A stretch of DNA of 27,170 nucleotides from a virus. Lineage: Duplodnaviria > Caudoviricetes. Of the stretch, positions 25,821-27,170 are shown piece after piece; position 1 is the stretch's first letter, and each line of letters opens with the position of its first letter. The translations under genes were made by a program, and so were the position numbers. The stretch lies in the IMG/VR virus record IMGVR_UViG_3300027653_000577, positions 1 to 27,170 of that record, one strand, 5' to 3'. The notes below the pieces were generated by a model. That model ran no database searches and was not told the origin of the DNA. It saw nothing but the letters and a program-made list of their open reading frames with translations.

Positions 25821-26426
25821 TCAGTGCACGGAGGACAGGAACTCGGCACGGGTTTCGGGGGTGGTGAGGAAAGCGCCGCGTAGGGCGGTGGTGCGCATGG
25901 TGGCTGCGGGTTTACGGATGCCGCGTACGCCCATGCAGGTGTGGGTGGCGTTGATGGCCACGCCTGCGCCTTGGGGTGCCAGGTGGCGGGTCAGGTCGTC
26001 GGCGATGGCTTCGGTGAGGCGTTCTTGGACTTGGGGTTGGCGGGCGTGGTGTTCCACCAGGCGGGCGAGTTTGGACAGGCCGACGACGCGCCCGTTCTTG
26101 GGTAGGTAGGCGACGGTGGCGGTGCCGGTGAAGGGTAGTAGGTGGTGTTCGCACAGGCTGGTGAATTCCACGCCTGTCAGGGTGATCATTTGGTCGGTGG
26201 GTCCGGCGTCGTCGAAGACTACGGACAGCAGTTGTGCGGGGCTGCCGGGGGCGCTGGTCATTTCCAGTAGGGCGTCCACGACTCTGCGTGGGGTTTGGGT
26301 CAGTCCGGGGCGGTCGGGGTTTTGTCCGAGGTAGGACAGGATGTCGCGTACGCCTTGAAGGGCTCGGTCTCGGTCGGAGTGGGCGCTGTTGTCGGTGGTG
26401 GGGGTGGTGGTTTGGGTGGTGGTCAT
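25821..26426 (-). CDS. folE: GTP cyclohydrolase I
   Basis: 'TPRRV', 'SLCEHHLLPF', 'GLSKLAR', 'QVQERLT', 'HTCMGVRG'. ATG 26426 overlaps the queE stop. Confidence 0.95.
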   Translation of the reverse strand: MTTTQTTTPTTDNSAHSDRDRALQGVRDILSYLGQNPDRPGLTQTPRRVVDALLEMTSAPGSPAQLLSVVFDDAGPTDQMITLTGVEFTSLCEHHLLPFTGTATVAYLPKNGRVVGLSKLARLVEHHARQPQVQERLTEAIADDLTRHLAPQGAGVAINATHTCMGVRGIRKPAATMRTTALRGAFLTTPETRAEFLSSVH

Positions 26427-27145
26427 CAGCGGTCCTTTTCGTTGTTCCACAGCAGGGTGTGCAGTCGGGTGGTGGTGTTGTAGGGGCGTTTGGTCAGGTG
26501 GGGGGCGAGGTGGCGGTGGGTGTGCAGGATCTGGTCTGTGGTGGTTCCTTCGGGCATGACCCACACGGCGTGGTCGGGTAGGGCGTATTCGTTGACGAGT
26601 TGGTCGAGTTCGGTCAGGTCGTTGGGGGTGGAGGCCACGAACTTGAAGCAGGCCTTTCCTCGGTTAGCGAGGCGGGTGAAGGCGTCCAGGGCGCGGGGTT
26701 TGATGCGTTTGCGGGCTGGGTCTGCGTCGTTGTTGGCCAGTTTCGGGGAGACGGTGAAGTGCTCCACGGTTTGGGTGAGGTCTTCTGTGGGGGGGATGGT
26801 GCCGTTGGTTTCGACGTGCACGCGCAGGCCCCGGTCGTGGAGTTCGGTCAGGAGTTGGCTCATGCCGGGGCGGCGCTGGTGTAGGAGGGGTTCGCCTCCG
26901 GAGAGCACGACCAGGGGTGCGGGGGGTAGGGCGTCGAGTCGGGTCAGGATGTCCTCTACGGGGGTCCAGGGGTTTTCGGCGGCCACGTCGTAGCGGGTGT
27001 GGTCCCACGTGTCGGGGGTGTCGCACCAGGCGCAGGACAGTTGGCAGCGGCCGAGGCGGATGAAGTGGCAGCGGGTTCCGGTGTGGGGGCCTTCGCCTTG
27101 GTAGGTGGGGCCGAACACCGCGTTCAGGGGCAGTTGGTCAGTCAT
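26426..27145 (-). CDS. queE: 7-carboxy-7-deazaguanine synthase (radical SAM)
   Basis: 'QGEG', CxxxCxxC (CQLSCAWC), 'SGGEP', 'ETNG', 'SPKL'. Confidence 0.92.
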   Translation of the reverse strand: MTDQLPLNAVFGPTYQGEGPHTGTRCHFIRLGRCQLSCAWCDTPDTWDHTRYDVAAENPWTPVEDILTRLDALPPAPLVVLSGGEPLLHQRRPGMSQLLTELHDRGLRVHVETNGTIPPTEDLTQTVEHFTVSPKLANNDADPARKRIKPRALDAFTRLANRGKACFKFVASTPNDLTELDQLVNEYALPDHAVWVMPEGTTTDQILHTHRHLAPHLTKRPYNTTTRLHTLLWNNEKDR

Positions 27146-27170
27146 TGCGGGTCTCCGGGGGTGTTCCGGG

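Noticed and set aside
1-27170. tRNA, rRNA, integrase or tnpA
   Set aside because: None recognisable, so lifestyle and IS autonomy cannot be judged from this window.

Overview
High-GC actinobacterial phage or prophage segment, almost entirely on the minus strand. From right to left: queE and folE (7-deazaguanine pathway), terminase small and large subunits, a ~7.8 kb accessory block, a membrane protein, portal, a MuF-like head protein with a mini-intein fused to a probable maturation/scaffold domain, a small moron, major capsid, and four PKD/Ig-rich virion genes. The last of these runs off the window and carries CBM2, FN3 and a GH18 chitinase-like domain. The accessory block holds small genes behind a repeated promoter plus stem-loop module, three defective IS605 tnpB relics that all keep their 3' (omegaRNA) end, and a displaced duplicate of the terL 3' end. 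The strongest lead: the predicted guide of one tnpB relic matches 10 nt at the edge of the displaced terL copy, next to CTAC, the target motif predicted for a neighbouring IS605. The working terL is recoded at that site. All calls are from motif recognition by eye; no searches were run.
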